NCBI RefSeq assembly: GCF_000315625.1 | Contig: NW_005434593.1 | Coordinates: forward strand, 235,648 to 299,647 | Direction: 5' to 3' | Length of the DNA stretch: 64,000 nt | DNA from: Guillardia theta CCMP2712 | Lineage: Eukaryota > Protista > Cryptophyta | Shown here: positions 36,466 to 49,900 of the stretch, one piece after another | Position numbering within the stretch: position 1 is the first letter of the stretch | Layout: the number at the start of each line of letters is the position of its first letter | Notes under the pieces: model-generated | Seen by the model: only the letters and a program-made list of their open reading frames with translations | Databases searched by the model: none | What the model was told of the DNA's origin: nothing | Translations under genes and position numbers: made by a program

Positions 36466-37074
36466 CCATCCTGCTCTGCTCCTCCCTCCTGCTCCTGTTC
36501 TCCTCCACCTCCTTCACCTGCTGTCGCCGCCTTCCGCTCCATTGCCGCGACACTTCGTACGTGTACCACATCCCCACTCAATCAACTAGTTCCTCAAAGT
36601 TTAGTTCAAAGCTACTCTAGTGTTGCTATTGGGGAGTACCCCACCGTACTAACTTGCCATGTACCCCCCCTTTATACTCATTTTAACCTACCTATTCCAA
36701 ATATGGGATACTACCCCTACCCCTCCGTGTTGTGGAAGGTGCCTCGTTTCTTTTCCGTTGATTCAACGCTCAATGCTGAGATTTTTCCTCCTCCTCTCGT
36801 GTTCTTCTTACCCGCTGCTACCCCTGCAGAGCTTCTCACGATCATGATAATGACCATCCCAGGAACTCATGGCAACATACACTGCTATCGTCCGAAGTTC
36901 CATCTTCCTTTTATGTTTGTACTCTCATTGATTCCTTTTTTCTCACACTTTTCCTCTTATACCATCTTGCCTTCTCCCTCATGGTCATTTTCTCTTCTGA
37001 ATCTGCTCTACAAATCCATGTATTAATCCTGCATCCTACATCATCCCCTCTGTGCCCGATCCTATGGGTCCACA

Positions 37075-40000
37075 TCAAAATCTTAGCATGATTGAGCTGT
37101 ACTGAAGTCTTTCCCCTTGACAGGTTGCAATCATGAGCGACAAGGACGAATTCAAGAGACTCAACGATGATCTGTCTCGATTGCTGCGAGCGTCTGTCTT
37201 TCCTGGAGCCGTCTCCTCCTTTCCCAAGTCGTCGGTTACCCACGAGATGCTATCGCAAGCGGACCCTATGAACGAAGAGTTCCGGTGAGTACCGGCGTAT
37301 GTCTGCGAGGTGTTCGACTGAGTGAGTGCATCAGCGTTGAGAAGACGCACTTCAGCAAGAAGTACGACCTCAAAAACTTCATGGAGGCAGAGTTTGCTAG
37401 AAGGAATCTGTTCAAACAGGTTGCCAAGGAGAGCAAGCAATAGCCGGGATATTCTTTTTGTACATAATCTTCACCCTAGTGACAACATCTAATTTCTAAC
37501 AATTTTGTTTGACGGAGCGAATCCTGCCAACCAGAAGCGTCTCTCCACCACCACTCCCCTTAATCTCGCGAAGAAACGCACAGAAATTCTACAAGTAATA
37601 CCTACCAAGACCCGCTATGAGACCCAAACGCTGCAATCTCCCTATATGTACATTCTCTCTTCACTTGACGACGTGCCCCATCATCTTCGTCAGGATCTTC
37701 ACACGAAGTCAACAACCCTTGTGCTCTGCAAAGAACATTCTTACATGCTCGGGGTTTTCTCCGTGCTTCCTCCTCGGCACACCACCTGCTCCAAAGTTGT
37801 CAAGTTTGACGCATCGAGTGACTCGCTAGCGCTCACTCCACTTCGAGCTGCGGCTGAGCTGGTCAGCCTGTAGCTGTCTGGCCTCCAGCTTCATCTCATC
37901 CAAATTCCGAGAAATCTGCATGACGGCAACCCACTTCTCCTGCGGGAGTGTTGAGCAGGGGAGCAGGGAGGGCGTGCAAGATGTCAGGCTCACCCCTTTC
38001 GTCACAGGCAGAGAGGAGGACAAGGACGAGGAATCAAAATCGTGCTGCCGTTGCCTGCAGCTTGGTCACCTTCAAGTCAGGGAGATAGGACTGTACCTGT
38101 GAGCAAGGACGTTGTACAGGATGAGAACTGAATTAGAAGGAGGCTTCATCGACAGTGCTGACTGCGTTTTTCCTTCGACCCCTGTGCCTGTGCCTGTGCC
38201 TGGCCTTGCACTTCCCAACCCAATCCCTGTTTCCCTTCCAGATTCTGTTGAAGCTCCCCTTGAATTTCCTGCTGCCGACCCCTGACCCGCCTCTCCTCCC
38301 ACGTAAGCCCCTTCGCCTGCCCCTGCTGCCCCTGCTGCCCCTGCTGCCCCTGCTGCTCTTGTCAAAGTATCAGATTTATCACTTCCGACTCCAGCCTGAG
38401 CTCCACTGCTGCGACTTTCACTGTGCATACCAGACCCCTTCGCACCAGGGAATTCAAAGCCCCCCCCTTCAAAATCTTCGTCTGTGAGAAGACATCAGTG
38501 GTGTTAAGCCCATCTTGGCATATCTACTTAGAATGAAGAAGATCGTTGCAAACACGTACTCTCGACTCTGGTGAGGCCCTTCCGCTCCATGTTTCTTCGA
38601 CTGCTCGAAAACGTCAGCATCGACCCCAGTCTACTTCATCGAGCTGATCACCTTCGATATCGTCGTGTCAAAATCCACTCTAGAGCACCCTTCCTCAAAC
38701 TTCTGCACCTTCAAGGCAAGTTGAGCATCCCCCTTGCAGACTGCAACATCAACTCACCGTAAAAGATGCAACGTACTCCCTGGCGACGCTCAGCAGTTCA
38801 CAAGTACGAGCTGCGAGCAACCCTTCAGCGCTTGCTAGGAGAGGATTGCAACTTCACCGATCCAACGGGACACAGCTTTGTCTGTCATTGGCAGCTCCGC
38901 TATCAGATGTTTCTTCGGATCACGCGTGTCCCCCGGCCGTAACACTCCCCGTTTCAGAAGGGGCCTGGCAATCTGCTGGCGATCAGAAAGGCAGGTCGCA
39001 GGGGCAAAGGACCTTGATAATGTCTGCAACTTCTCCATCTCTCATGAAGTTCAAGACTCTGAGGGAGCACAACTTAGCCCTCTCCTCTCCCCACCAGCCT
39101 TTCATCGTTACCGATGCAACCTAGGTATTGTGGACACAGTCTCTACCTGCGACTGACAGTGACGAACGAACATTCTCCTCAAAGGAGCAAGGAAACTCTC
39201 CTACCTGTACCCTCCTCTCCAGGTGAGGCACAGGAATCTCAACGAGGAACCCAGGAGGCTCCGCTGGAAGCACAAAGTGCTCACCGTAGCACACAACATA
39301 GACCTGTGAACCCGTTACTGACCGGAACGCCAGAGTGCTGGTCGGACCTTCTCAGGCAGCATGCCGTATATCCTCTGACCATTGGGACGAACGAAGTGGG
39401 AGACAATGCATCCAAGAGCCGTGCTCAGCTCCTCCCTCATGAGATCTCCGTTGGCCATGTACACGGAATGAGGAACTACGGGTAGGGTCTCGGCCGGCCA
39501 GCAGAGCAAAGACGCTGGGCACTGCCGGGAGGTCAGGCCCATGCTAGAGCCGACGCTGTAGATCTCGACAGCATGAGCGTGTGCCCCGTCGTCTTGGATG
39601 CTGATGGAGTAGACGACGTCATTGAATCGCATTCCAATGAAAGAGACGTCGTTGTCTATTGCTATCTCAGCGCCCTTCCAGCTCCTGTTGGAGAACAGAG
39701 TGACCACCACTCCCTTGCTGACTCTCAACGACGAGATATCGGTGAAGTGGAGTGCGTCCAGATCGGATATGTTCCCGTAGATCGGCATGCTCCACCCCAG
39801 AAAGTTCGAATCTTGGTAGATCACCGCCGGAGCTTTCACGGCACGCCTCCCAAGGAAGAACGTCTTCCAGTGCGGAGGGATCGGGTCATCTTGATCAGGT
39901 CTTGTAATTATGATCATCAGCTGGATCGAGAACGCACAGATCGAGAGAGTGAGAAGCAGGCACATCATCCTCGCATCCGATCTTGTCCACCATCCAGCAG

Positions 40001-40172
40001 TTTCCCTCCCTCGCTTCCTCCTTCCTGACCCCCCCGGCAAGTTCCCCGCCACCTCTGTCCCATCAAACCTGCTACCAGCAGCATGGCTGCCAGCATCTCT
40101 CCTGCTTCCTCCTCCCGAGCCATCCCCTCCCCCTCCCCCTCCCCCGCCAACGCAGCCATGACGGGGCAGCAT
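37075..40172 (-). CDS. Type II membrane protein: TM + beta/gamma-crystallin domain + prolyl-4-hydroxylase-like domain lacking the catalytic His residues
   Basis: Crystallin: VIYQDSNFLG...ISSLRV...VTLFSNRSWKG...FNDVVYSISI. Spliced exons give VETVSTIPRLHRVLNFMRDGEVADII, ATIFFILNEDFEGGGFEFP, MKPPSNSVLILYN and LPVTKGEKWVAV. The 3' end is approximate. Confidence 0.75.
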
Positions 40173-41232
40173 GTCGGGAGACCTGTCCTTCACGGTCCGA
40201 TCCGGCTGTAGCCGCATAAAATTTGAGTGCTCGCTCCGAGGCCCGGGCCGATCATATCCGAGTCGATGACAGTGAGCCGGCTCCGAGTCCACCCGGAGTC
40301 TTCCCGCCGGCCCGCTCGGGCCCGGGCCCAAGCTCAAGCTCCTGAAATAGATATCGCCACCCTTGAAATAAATATTCCGTCTCGGACACTACCAGGGGTC
40401 ATGACCCCTACCCTCCGAGACCCATCATCCTACCACTGAGCCGAGACTCTCTGCCCCCACCCTACCCTATCCCTGCGCTGTCCAACTTGGATTCAAGTTG
40501 GGTCAGACCGGTTCAGGTCAAGTACCCCCATTTTAGTACCCCTGTCATTCCTATACAAACTACCCCCCTTATGCAGAAGCAGACCGGTTTCTGGACTGAC
40601 TCGCTGATAGAGCATGAGGATTCACTGATGGAGAAACCTAAATGGGGTGGGTGATTTTTGGTCAGGAGGGGGTGAAGGTACTCCAAGGGTGGGTACTTCT
40701 CTACATAATGAATTATCAAATTAGGGGTACTGTGAGAAATGGGTAGGGTGCTTTGCAGGAGTCAGTGAAAGTAAGGGGTGGTGCGATTGTGTTGGGTTGG
40801 GGTCTTGTTTTTTTTTTGTTCTATTTCAGGCACGGGGGTTTAAAAGGAAGAGGAGCGGCAGGGGACGATCAAGAAAGGTGAGCCAATGCACGCCAAGCAA
40901 ACCTGTCAAACAAAGTGATGTTGTGCGATTATGGCCGGAGCTAAGCGTTGAACGCGCTTGATCGTACAAGCATGATGTGTGTAGTAGGAAAGGTTTGAGC
41001 GTTCACGATCATATGTTCAAAACACATTATAGAAGTATTGTTGAGTTTCAAGTCATGAACCAAGGCTCATTAAGGGTCGATGGTCAGATGATTTACGATA
41101 CGGTGCACAGAGATATTAGACAGAATAAGGTAGAGTCATATGGAAGAATGAGCCTTTGTATGCTATGTCTGTTGTATGCTGTGTCCATTCATTGAGATCT
41201 TTCATGTGATTGATCGTCATTTGCAGGGAAAG

Positions 41233-41394
41233 ATGTTCGCTCTCCTCGCCATGACCATGCTCGATGACGTCAACACCATCAACACCTGGGCTGAGCCTCA
41301 CAACGCCAACGGCATCACCCCCAACACCATCATCGACTCCAACGATGAGCCCCCCTGCAACAACCAGCAGCGCATGGCTGCCCGTGGCTACTAA
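41233..41394 (+). CDS. 53-aa microprotein (MFALLAMTMLDDVNTINTWAEPHNANGITPNTIIDSNDEPPCNNQQRMAARGY)
   Basis: Strong C-ending codon bias (AAC, ACC, ATC, GAC) against AT-richer flanks. AAGATG start context just after a ttgcAG acceptor, suggesting a 5'UTR intron. Confidence 0.75.
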   Translation: MFALLAMTMLDDVNTINTWAEPHNANGITPNTIIDSNDEPPCNNQQRMAARGY

Positions 41395-41792
41395 GCGTTC
41401 TGGCTAAGTAAAGTCTGAAATTTAGGATCCTGCCCCTGCACCCCACTCTGATCGCTTCTTTTTCTCTATCTCTTTCCTTTCGAGAGTCTTCCTCACAAAC
41501 TGGACCTTATCATCTTGTCAAACTTGCGTCCAGGATGAGCGTGTTGAATTCATGTTGGCTGTTGAACTTCCTGCTCAAGACGGAAAATATCAACTTGCAC
41601 AGCAGTGTGTTATCGATGATATCGAGAACAACAGTATTTGTCTGTTAAACATTTAGACAGTATTATGTCCAATTGTGTATGATACTTGTAAAAACTTTTA
41701 TTCAAGACATTTTGCGAACTTACAGTTCTTCAACAGACTGGTGTGCCATTAGCAACAAACAAAAACTGTACAAAAGACAAAACTACAGATGA

Positions 41793-43177
41793 TTAACTAA
41801 TGGTACAATTCTTGCCCTCCAAATGAGACTTCTTGTTCATCCACTCAACTCGCACCTGGAATGAGGTTTAGATTTCTTGCAAGAATAATACAATCCTTTA
41901 GGAATACCTTGCCCTCGGGGGAGATATCCAACAGAGTAGTGCATGCAAGGGATATTCTAAACTTCTGATATACACTTGGTGCGTCGTGTGCCATCAATCC
42001 CTGTTTGACAAGCCTCGGTCAAGGCAAAGGAGAAATCAACTGATGAAGACATTGACGTTACCTGAAGCGTTGCTTCAGTGATTCCGTGCGCAGAGACGTC
42101 GATGTCCGGATTGTTTTCATGTCCAGAGGTGGAGTGATTGGCTGCTTGGTTGTTAGAAGAACAAGGAGCCCCAAATCAAAGCGCTCACTCAGGACAGCCA
42201 TCAGCAGGGCGAGAAAATCTGCATGAGACACCTGTAGAGCAATGAGATCCCAGAATGGGACAAGTTGCACCTTCACACTCACCAGCAGCAACATTCCGTC
42301 TTGACCCATCTCATTGTGAAGGTACGCGCTTTTCAACCAAGATGAAAGCCTTTCCGCTCTGAATTCAAGACAAGTAAACCAAGGGTTCTTTTCCATTGAT
42401 ATCTTGCTAACCGCTGGATAGCCTCCGTTGTCCCTTCGAATCCTCTCCCAGAGTCCCATGGGCCAGAAGGGGCAAGCTTGACACATCGAATCCAAATTGC
42501 TGTAACAAGTCGTCAGATGGGAAGCTCAGTGCAGGGAGATGTCGTCAAGACCTGCTTGATCGTCATTGCTTCCATTGCTCTTCCCGTGACCTTGTTGAAC
42601 TGTAGATTTCGACTGTTAGCCGTCGAGCGCAGATAGGTCAAAAGGCTGTCTACCTGGCCATTTGGCGACCGCTGGGCTGTGTAGATCCCTCCAACTTCGC
42701 AAAGATCTCCTCTCACCTCCGCTGTCTGTTGTGACTGTGTCATCAAACCCTCCCGATCGTCAGCATCACAACACTCACGGGGAGATTGAGCGCCCCGACG
42801 ATCACCTTCGCAGTTTCACATGCTCGTCTCATGGGAGACGTCAAGACGCGGAACCTTAGCAGCGGACCTTTTCAGTGCCTTCAAGCTTCAACAAATATGC
42901 TTACCTCTTGCATCCTGATTTTTTCGGCAGTTTCTTTGCGTGCTCCATCAACCTCTTCAGCTGCTCTTTCCCCGCGGGTGAAAGTTCGGGGTCGTCTTGG
43001 CGCATCGAGCTGGTTGGAGTGTGAGGAGGCGAAGCATTGCACATGCATCGTGCGAACTCACAGCCATTCGTCTTGAGCCTGTTGCTCGCTTGCCTTCCCT
43101 GATGTGATTTTGGTATGGACCTGAGCTTGGACGATGTTGTTCATGGATTGTGCATGGCGGATGAGGAGAATTTTCAT
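41793..43177 (-). CDS. Histidine phosphatase / phosphoglycerate mutase family protein (multi-exon)
   Basis: MKILLIRHAQSMNN (RH motif), DDPELSPAGKEQ, TSPMRRACETA, DLCEVGGIY, VSHADFL, and a C-terminal WMNKKSHL. Confidence 0.88.
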
Positions 43178-43619
43178 GTTTCCAGAGCTTGCTGAAACCA
43201 CAGAACATCAGAATTGGCCACGTGCTCGTGAGCAAAACTAACTTTTCCTTCTCAATCTTTCTGTTTACCTACAATTACAAAGAGACACACGCGAAAGAAA
43301 AGTGCGTGAGGGAGGAGAGAAGCATTCTATAGATCTCATTGTGATGATATGCACGATCAAAAATCGGACAGGAGGGTATAGCTAGAGAACAACGTAAGGA
43401 AATAGAAGACGAAGTTGCGATACAAGATGTTGAAAAGAGGAGAACAAGTTGGCAAGCGCGAAGCTCGGTAAGTTGCAAGCAGTTGTCGAACATAAGACAA
43501 AGTAACAAGAGGTTTGGGTAAGTAAAGAAAGGGCTCGTTGAGTACAAAGGAGCAGGTGTGAACGAGTCAAGAAGGACAAGTAAGAAAACAAAGGAGCAAG
43601 AAGAGAAGAATGAGGGCAG

Positions 43620-43620
43620 G

Positions 43621-43652
<32 letters not shown>

Positions 43653-43661
43653 TGTTTTGTT

Positions 43662-43711
<50 letters not shown>

Positions 43712-43870
43712 GGTGGTGGTGGTGGAGGTGGAGGAGGAGGGAAGGGGAGGAGGAGGAGGAGGAGGAGGAGGAGGTGGAGGTGGTGGTGGTGATGGAGGAG
43801 GAGGAGGAGGAGGAGCAGGAGGAGCAGGAGGAGCAGGAGGAGCAGGAGGAGAAGGTGGAGGAGGAGGAGC
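43620..43870. repeat. Compound trinucleotide microsatellite (TGT)n-(TGG)n-(GGA)n
   Basis: Direct reading of the sequence. Confidence 0.95.
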
Positions 43871-45299
43871 ATGTGTGGCATCGGAGTTGGGGGATATTCG
43901 TGTTGCGCATGCTTGAAAGGGACGATCATTTAGTCCGACAAACTGATATTTGGGAGGGGGGGTATAAATTATTATCGTGACAACATAATTCATGACATAT
44001 TTTGAAAATATGTTTGATAAATATCAAAATAACAAACAAATATTGATGATAATAGTTCATATTGATGCCCTTGAAGGAAAGATCACAGCTCCCTGGAGCA
44101 AGGCACAAACCCATACCACTTCGTTTCAAGGGTGGGTTTCACAAAACATGGGTAGGGTAATTATGATAGGGGTGGGGGGTACTTTTTATTTTTAAAATTA
44201 TGCAGATTTGACTGTCCACCAAACTTCTCATTGAAATAAGAACTAATTTACATTTGCTGTCTTAGATTCTTTTCATAAGGACATAGAAATCAATTTCAAC
44301 AGGAGGGGTGGTGTTAGTAATTCTGGAGGTGGTGGTGGTGATAATGGATTGTAGTGGGTAGGGTGATAGTTCGAAACGTTCCAATATCGTGACTGTTTTG
44401 ATTCCAAACTTGTGGCCTTTTGAAAGGTTGCGTTTTGTTTATGTACCCATTCACCCACCCTTGGGTTCTCGTCCACATTCAAAGTACCCCCACCTACACA
44501 GAATTTCATGATGACCCCTACTTTCCGCACAATTCAGTATTAAAGTACCCCTCATAGAATCACCTCTACCCCAGCATTCTTCACATGCTATGACCACCAC
44601 CCACCTCCACCTTCAACCTTCAGCACCCTTCCTATCGGGGGAGCACAAGGATTTAAAAGCATATTCCCCGGGCCCGGCTGCCCCTGTCATCCGATTACGT
44701 ACCGCCCCGGCCCGGGCCATGACCGTACACCCGGTGCCACGCGGCCGCCGGAGGCACCGGGTGGATTGAAGTTGGCACGGACACTGAGTACCCGGTACCC
44801 GGCCCGTACTAACTTTCAGCTTATTCAACTGAGCGTAACTTCTTTGAGTAACTCAGTGACTAGCATCATTGAACTCCGAACTCTTGAACTTGATCATAGG
44901 TGGATGATCAGCCGTTACCGCTGCGCGTTGCCAAGTTGAACTTGTTACTTTGAGTGAAATGGCTGGCTCAGTCAGCTTCCGATCAAACTTTGAAAGTTGA
45001 AGCGCCGTGAGAGTCAAGCCTCCTCGACGGGAGTCTCCTGATTGTATCCTCGTACTGTTTTTTGAATTCACTTTGAGTCAAGGATTACATACATCTAAAC
45101 TTAACTGAAGGCTGAATAGTAAAGAGGAGGAACTGAACCTGGAATCAGAAGCCTCGGAATGACACTTGGAGGAAGTTTCGGCAGTGCACAAAAAGGAACT
45201 TGAATAAAGGCTCCCTCGAATCAGTCACTCGGATGGAAAATTTCAGTGGCGGTGCCCTTGTGTACAGATAAATTGCACATGGTCGTATGATTAGCAGAG

Positions 45300-46365
45300 C
45301 TACGCATTGAATAAATTCTCCATCTTCACATAAAGGCTATTCCCACCCTGGGTAATCATTCGACGTCGACAAGTCAGTGTAAGCCTTCTCCACGAATCGC
45401 ACACTCTCAAGACAACCTCAGGGTTTGAATCCATGGACCGGAAAGGATCGTTACCAAAGTCAATCTGAGGGAATAGCCATAAGTGATCTGGGGGCGCATT
45501 GAAACAGGCATTACCTGTACATCATCCCTCAACAAGAACCAGAATGACCTGGCCATCATGGTGGCGTAAATATTGAATAGCGACGTGAAGACCTGAATAA
45601 ACAAAGTAAAAACTCCTTAGAATGCTCAAAGAAATGTTGGACACCATAGACAGCGAAGAATACAGGTATGCGAAGGATTTGAAGCGTGAAACGTCGTACT
45701 TTGTGCACGACATCACCTGTGTAAATTCACATGATCAATGGTGGTAAGGCAGCGATTTTCAGATGCAAACCTTTGGATCTTGACATGATGTGGCGTTAGG
45801 AAACAGTTCTCTGCATTTGTCGCATGATTGATTCTCAATGGCAAGGGCATCCGTTTCACTAGCAAAGTTACAAAGTTCAGCAAAAACACGTCTGCTCAGA
45901 AAATGTATACATGGTCGACAAACGAATGATCTCGAAGATCAGGTACAAGAACGCAAAAACCATCCATCCGATGAAGACGATCTTAGCCAGAGAGGAGTTT
46001 CTCTTGCTGTGCGCGAGCATGCCAACAATCTATATGACAATTAGCTCTGCAGGACTGTAGCGACATGCATGCCTGGGCGGCGCCCAAGAAAATGAAAAGT
46101 AAGATTCGGTAGACACCCAGGCCGTAGGTGTTGAATGATCCTACTTCTTCCCAAACGTTCTGCTTCCTGAGCAGGCTCAATCCCTCATAGAACACCCCGA
46201 GCACGCAGAGTCCAAGAACAAACTTGCAGAAACTCCTGTAGCCAGCTCAGAGAACTTGTAGAGGAAGAGTCAGAAGGGGAACCGGAAGCCCTTGTCCAAG
46301 TCATAGCATCCACAGATGAGCCTGGTGGGTCTCAGCAGGACCAGGAGGAGCGGAGGCAGGTGCAT
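45300..46365 (-). CDS. Multi-pass (about 4 TM) membrane protein, tetraspan-like
   Basis: N-terminal ICGCYDLDKG followed by four hydrophobic segments (FVLGLCVLGVFYEGL; ILLFIFLGAA..IVGML; IVFIGWMVFAFLYLIFEII; FIQVFTSLFNIYATMMARSFW). The 3' end is uncertain. Confidence 0.55.
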
Positions 46366-46963
46366 GCCCTCTTGACCTTGCTGCTAGCAGTTTGGCATGG
46401 CAGCCAAGCCTTCGTCGGTGGGCCATCTAATTTTTGGGGGTAGGGGTACTCAAGTACCCCTCCGATTTACAGTCAAAAGACGGGTATAATGAGGGTTTCA
46501 AATGAGGGACGTAGGACAGAAGTCCGCCTCAGGGCATGTAATCAGGCGGGCCCCGGGGATGCCCAGTGTCCGGATCATCACTGAACTGAAATTGAGATGA
46601 CAATGCCTATCAACCACCTGTTGGTACATTCCTAGGACCACCTCTAGTGCAGGTATAGAATACCCTAGGACCACCTCCCGCTGTCAAGCGCCATGCTTTG
46701 AGTAAGCTAACCTGATACCCATAATGGCGGGGAAAGTTTGGCGGGGCGAGGGAAAGGAAGTGCATGGGCGGCAATGTGCAAGAGACGCTGGGAGAGGGCA
46801 CACCATGCTGGAAGGATGATGATGCTTCTAAGGAGGAGAATTGTGCAGGTACCAAGGACGTTGACTCTTGGAAGGTGCCAGGAGAGGAAGGCAGCGCTAA
46901 TATTGACTTAGTGCTTGGTTGACACAGAGGATTTTGGTGTGAGCGACTACCTGTCGGGACAGC

Positions 46964-49900
46964 ATGGGGAGTTCCAGATCTCTGCTGTTCTTGATCATGG
47001 CAATCCTGCAGGTTCGGAAGTTCGAGGGTTCGTTGGTGAGCTCCTGGAGCTTCAATGGTGACCTGAGTGACTCTTCAGTCTATTCCAACACTCTGCAAGG
47101 AAACAATGTAGAGTTCTTGACTACCACAGCATTCCAATCGATTCTTTGGGGACAATACGCACATGTCGCTGGAGACAACTCATACGCCAGACGTGTTGAC
47201 TTTGACTTCATGGTTTCTAATGGGGAGTTCACTGTGGAGTTCTGGGTCAAGATCGATTCGCAGCAGTACAACATCTTCACATTTGCGAATCTGACAACTA
47301 CCTTCCTGCAATTTTGGAATGTTGGATCACAAGCTGGCTGCCAATTTGAAATCGGGGGAGAGTTCCCAGTCATTCCCGACGCTTTATGCACTGCACTGCA
47401 GAGCAATTCTTGGCACCATGTCGCGATAGTTGGAAATTTTACAGAGATCTTATGGTATCTTGATGGCAACTTTGAAGGATCAAGCTCTTTGCAGTCCAAT
47501 CATTCCATCCCAGGTGTAGGAAACCTCACCATCGGTTTCAATTCAGACCTGGCAAACTTTTCAGCAGGGACATCTCAAAGCATGTCTGATTTTCGAATGT
47601 GGAACACAGCTAGGTCAGCAGCCAGCATCCAAGAGTTCCTTTTCACTCGCGTGCCGTACTTAAATTGCTCTGCAGGATACGAGGGGTTGGTACAAGCAAG
47701 CGGATTTGACTGTTCGCAATGCAGCCAGGGCATGTACAAATCCTCTGCTGGTATCCAGCTCTGTAGTACCTGTCCAGCGAACAGCTCTTCAACGACAAAC
47801 CGAGAGAATTGCTTGTGCAACCAAGGATACGAACAAACCGACCAATCAAGTCTCCAGTGTACTATGTGCCAACGAGGAACATACAAAGAAAATATTTCAG
47901 ATCAAAGCTGCAAACCATGCGATGCCGGCACCTACGCAGACCAGGAGGGCTCGACCTACTGCACGGCCTGCACGGGGAACGCAAGCTCGCCGGTAGCAAG
48001 CGACAACATCACAGCATGCCTGTGCTTGCCGGGGTACACGGGCAGCTACGCGGAGGGGTGCAGGGCTTGCGAAGTCGGGAAGTACAAGCTTGTCAACGGG
48101 ACGGACACCTGTACGCCATGCGCGATCGGGACATACAAGAACATGTCCGGGCCGGGGGCTTGCTACGAGTGTCCGGCGCACTCGTCGACGGCCAACACGA
48201 GCAGCGTGTACTTGACGGACTGCGAGTGCAACGTAGGGTACAGCGGGGAGAAGGGAGGACCGTGCACGATCTGCTCGGCCGGGTACTACGCCGACGTCCC
48301 TGGACAGACGCAGTGTATGGCATGCGACGCCGGCACCTACGCAGACCAGGAGGGCTCGACCTACTGCACGGCCTGCACGGGGAACGCAAGCTCGCCGGTA
48401 GCAAGCGACAACATCACAGCATGCCTGTGCTTGCCGGGGTACACGGGCAGCTACGCGGAGGGGTGCAGGGCTTGCGAAGTCGGGAAGTACAAGCTTGTCA
48501 ACGGGACGGACACCTGTACGCCATGCGCGATCGGGACATACAAGAACATGTCCGGGCCGGGGGCTTGCTACGAGTGTCCTCCCTTGACTGGGACACCTCA
48601 AATTGGAAGTTTTTCAATAGAGGATTGCATTTGTATTGCCGGGTACTATCAATCGAATGTCTCGAATTGTACCATTTGTCCAACGGGAATGTACAGTTCG
48701 ATTGCTGGAAGCACAGCCTGCACTGCATGCGACGCCGGCACCTACGCAGACCAGGAGGGCTCGACCTACTGCACGGCCTGCACGGGGAACGCAAGCTCGC
48801 CGGTAGCAAGCGACAACATCACAGCATGCCTGTGCTTGCCGGGGTACACGGGCAGCTACGCGGAGGGGTGCAGGGCTTGCGAAGTCGGGAAGTACAAGCT
48901 TGTCAACGGGACGGACACCTGTACGCCATGCGCGATCGGGACATACAAGAACATGTCCGGGCCGGGGGCTTGCTACGAGTGTCCGGCGCACTCGTCGACG
49001 GCCAACACGAGCAGCGTGTACTTGACGGACTGCGAGTGCAACGTAGGGTACAGCGGGGAGAAGGGAGGACCGTGCACGATCTGCTCGGCCGGGTACTACG
49101 CCGACGTCCCTGGAAAGCCGCAGTGTACGGCATGCGACGCCGGCACCTACGCAGACCAGGAGGGCTCGACCTACTGCACGGCCTGCACGGGGAACGCAAG
49201 CTCGCCGGTAGCAAGCGACAACATCACAGCATGCCTGTGCTTGCCGGGGTACACGGGCAGCTACGCGGAGGGGTGCAGGGCTTGCGAAGTCGGGAAGTAC
49301 AAGCTTGTCAACGGGACGGACACCTGTACGCCATGCGCGATCGGGACATACAAGAACATGTCCGGGCCGGGGGCTTGCTACGAGTGTCCGGCGCACTCGT
49401 CGACGGCCAACACGAGCAGCGTGTACTTGACGGACTGCGAGTGCAACGTAGGGTACAGCGGGGAGAAGGGAGGACCGTGCACGATCTGCTCGGCCGGGTA
49501 CTACGCCGACGTCCCTGGACAGACGCAGTGTACGGCATGCGACGCCGGCACCTACGCAGACCAGGAGGGCTCGACCTACTGCACGGCCTGCACGGGGAAC
49601 GCAAGCTCGCCGGTAGCAAGCGACAACATCACAGCATGCCTGTGCTTGCCGGGGTACACGGGCAGCTACGCGGAGGGGTGCAGGGCTTGCGAAGTCGGGA
49701 AGTACAAGCTTGTCAACGGGACGGACACCTGTACGCCATGCGCGATCGGGACATACAAGAACATGTCCGGGCCGGGGGCTTGCTACGAGTGTCCGGCGCA
49801 CTCGTCGACGGCCAACACGAGCAGCGTGTACTTGACGGACTGCGAGTGTATCCCTGGATACTGGGGTCGCAACGGTCACGCTTGTGATGCCTGCATTCCA

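Noticed and set aside
43275-43993. Poly-Q/H/P/G ORFs in several frames
   Set aside because: Products of trinucleotide microsatellites upstream of the histidine phosphatase gene.
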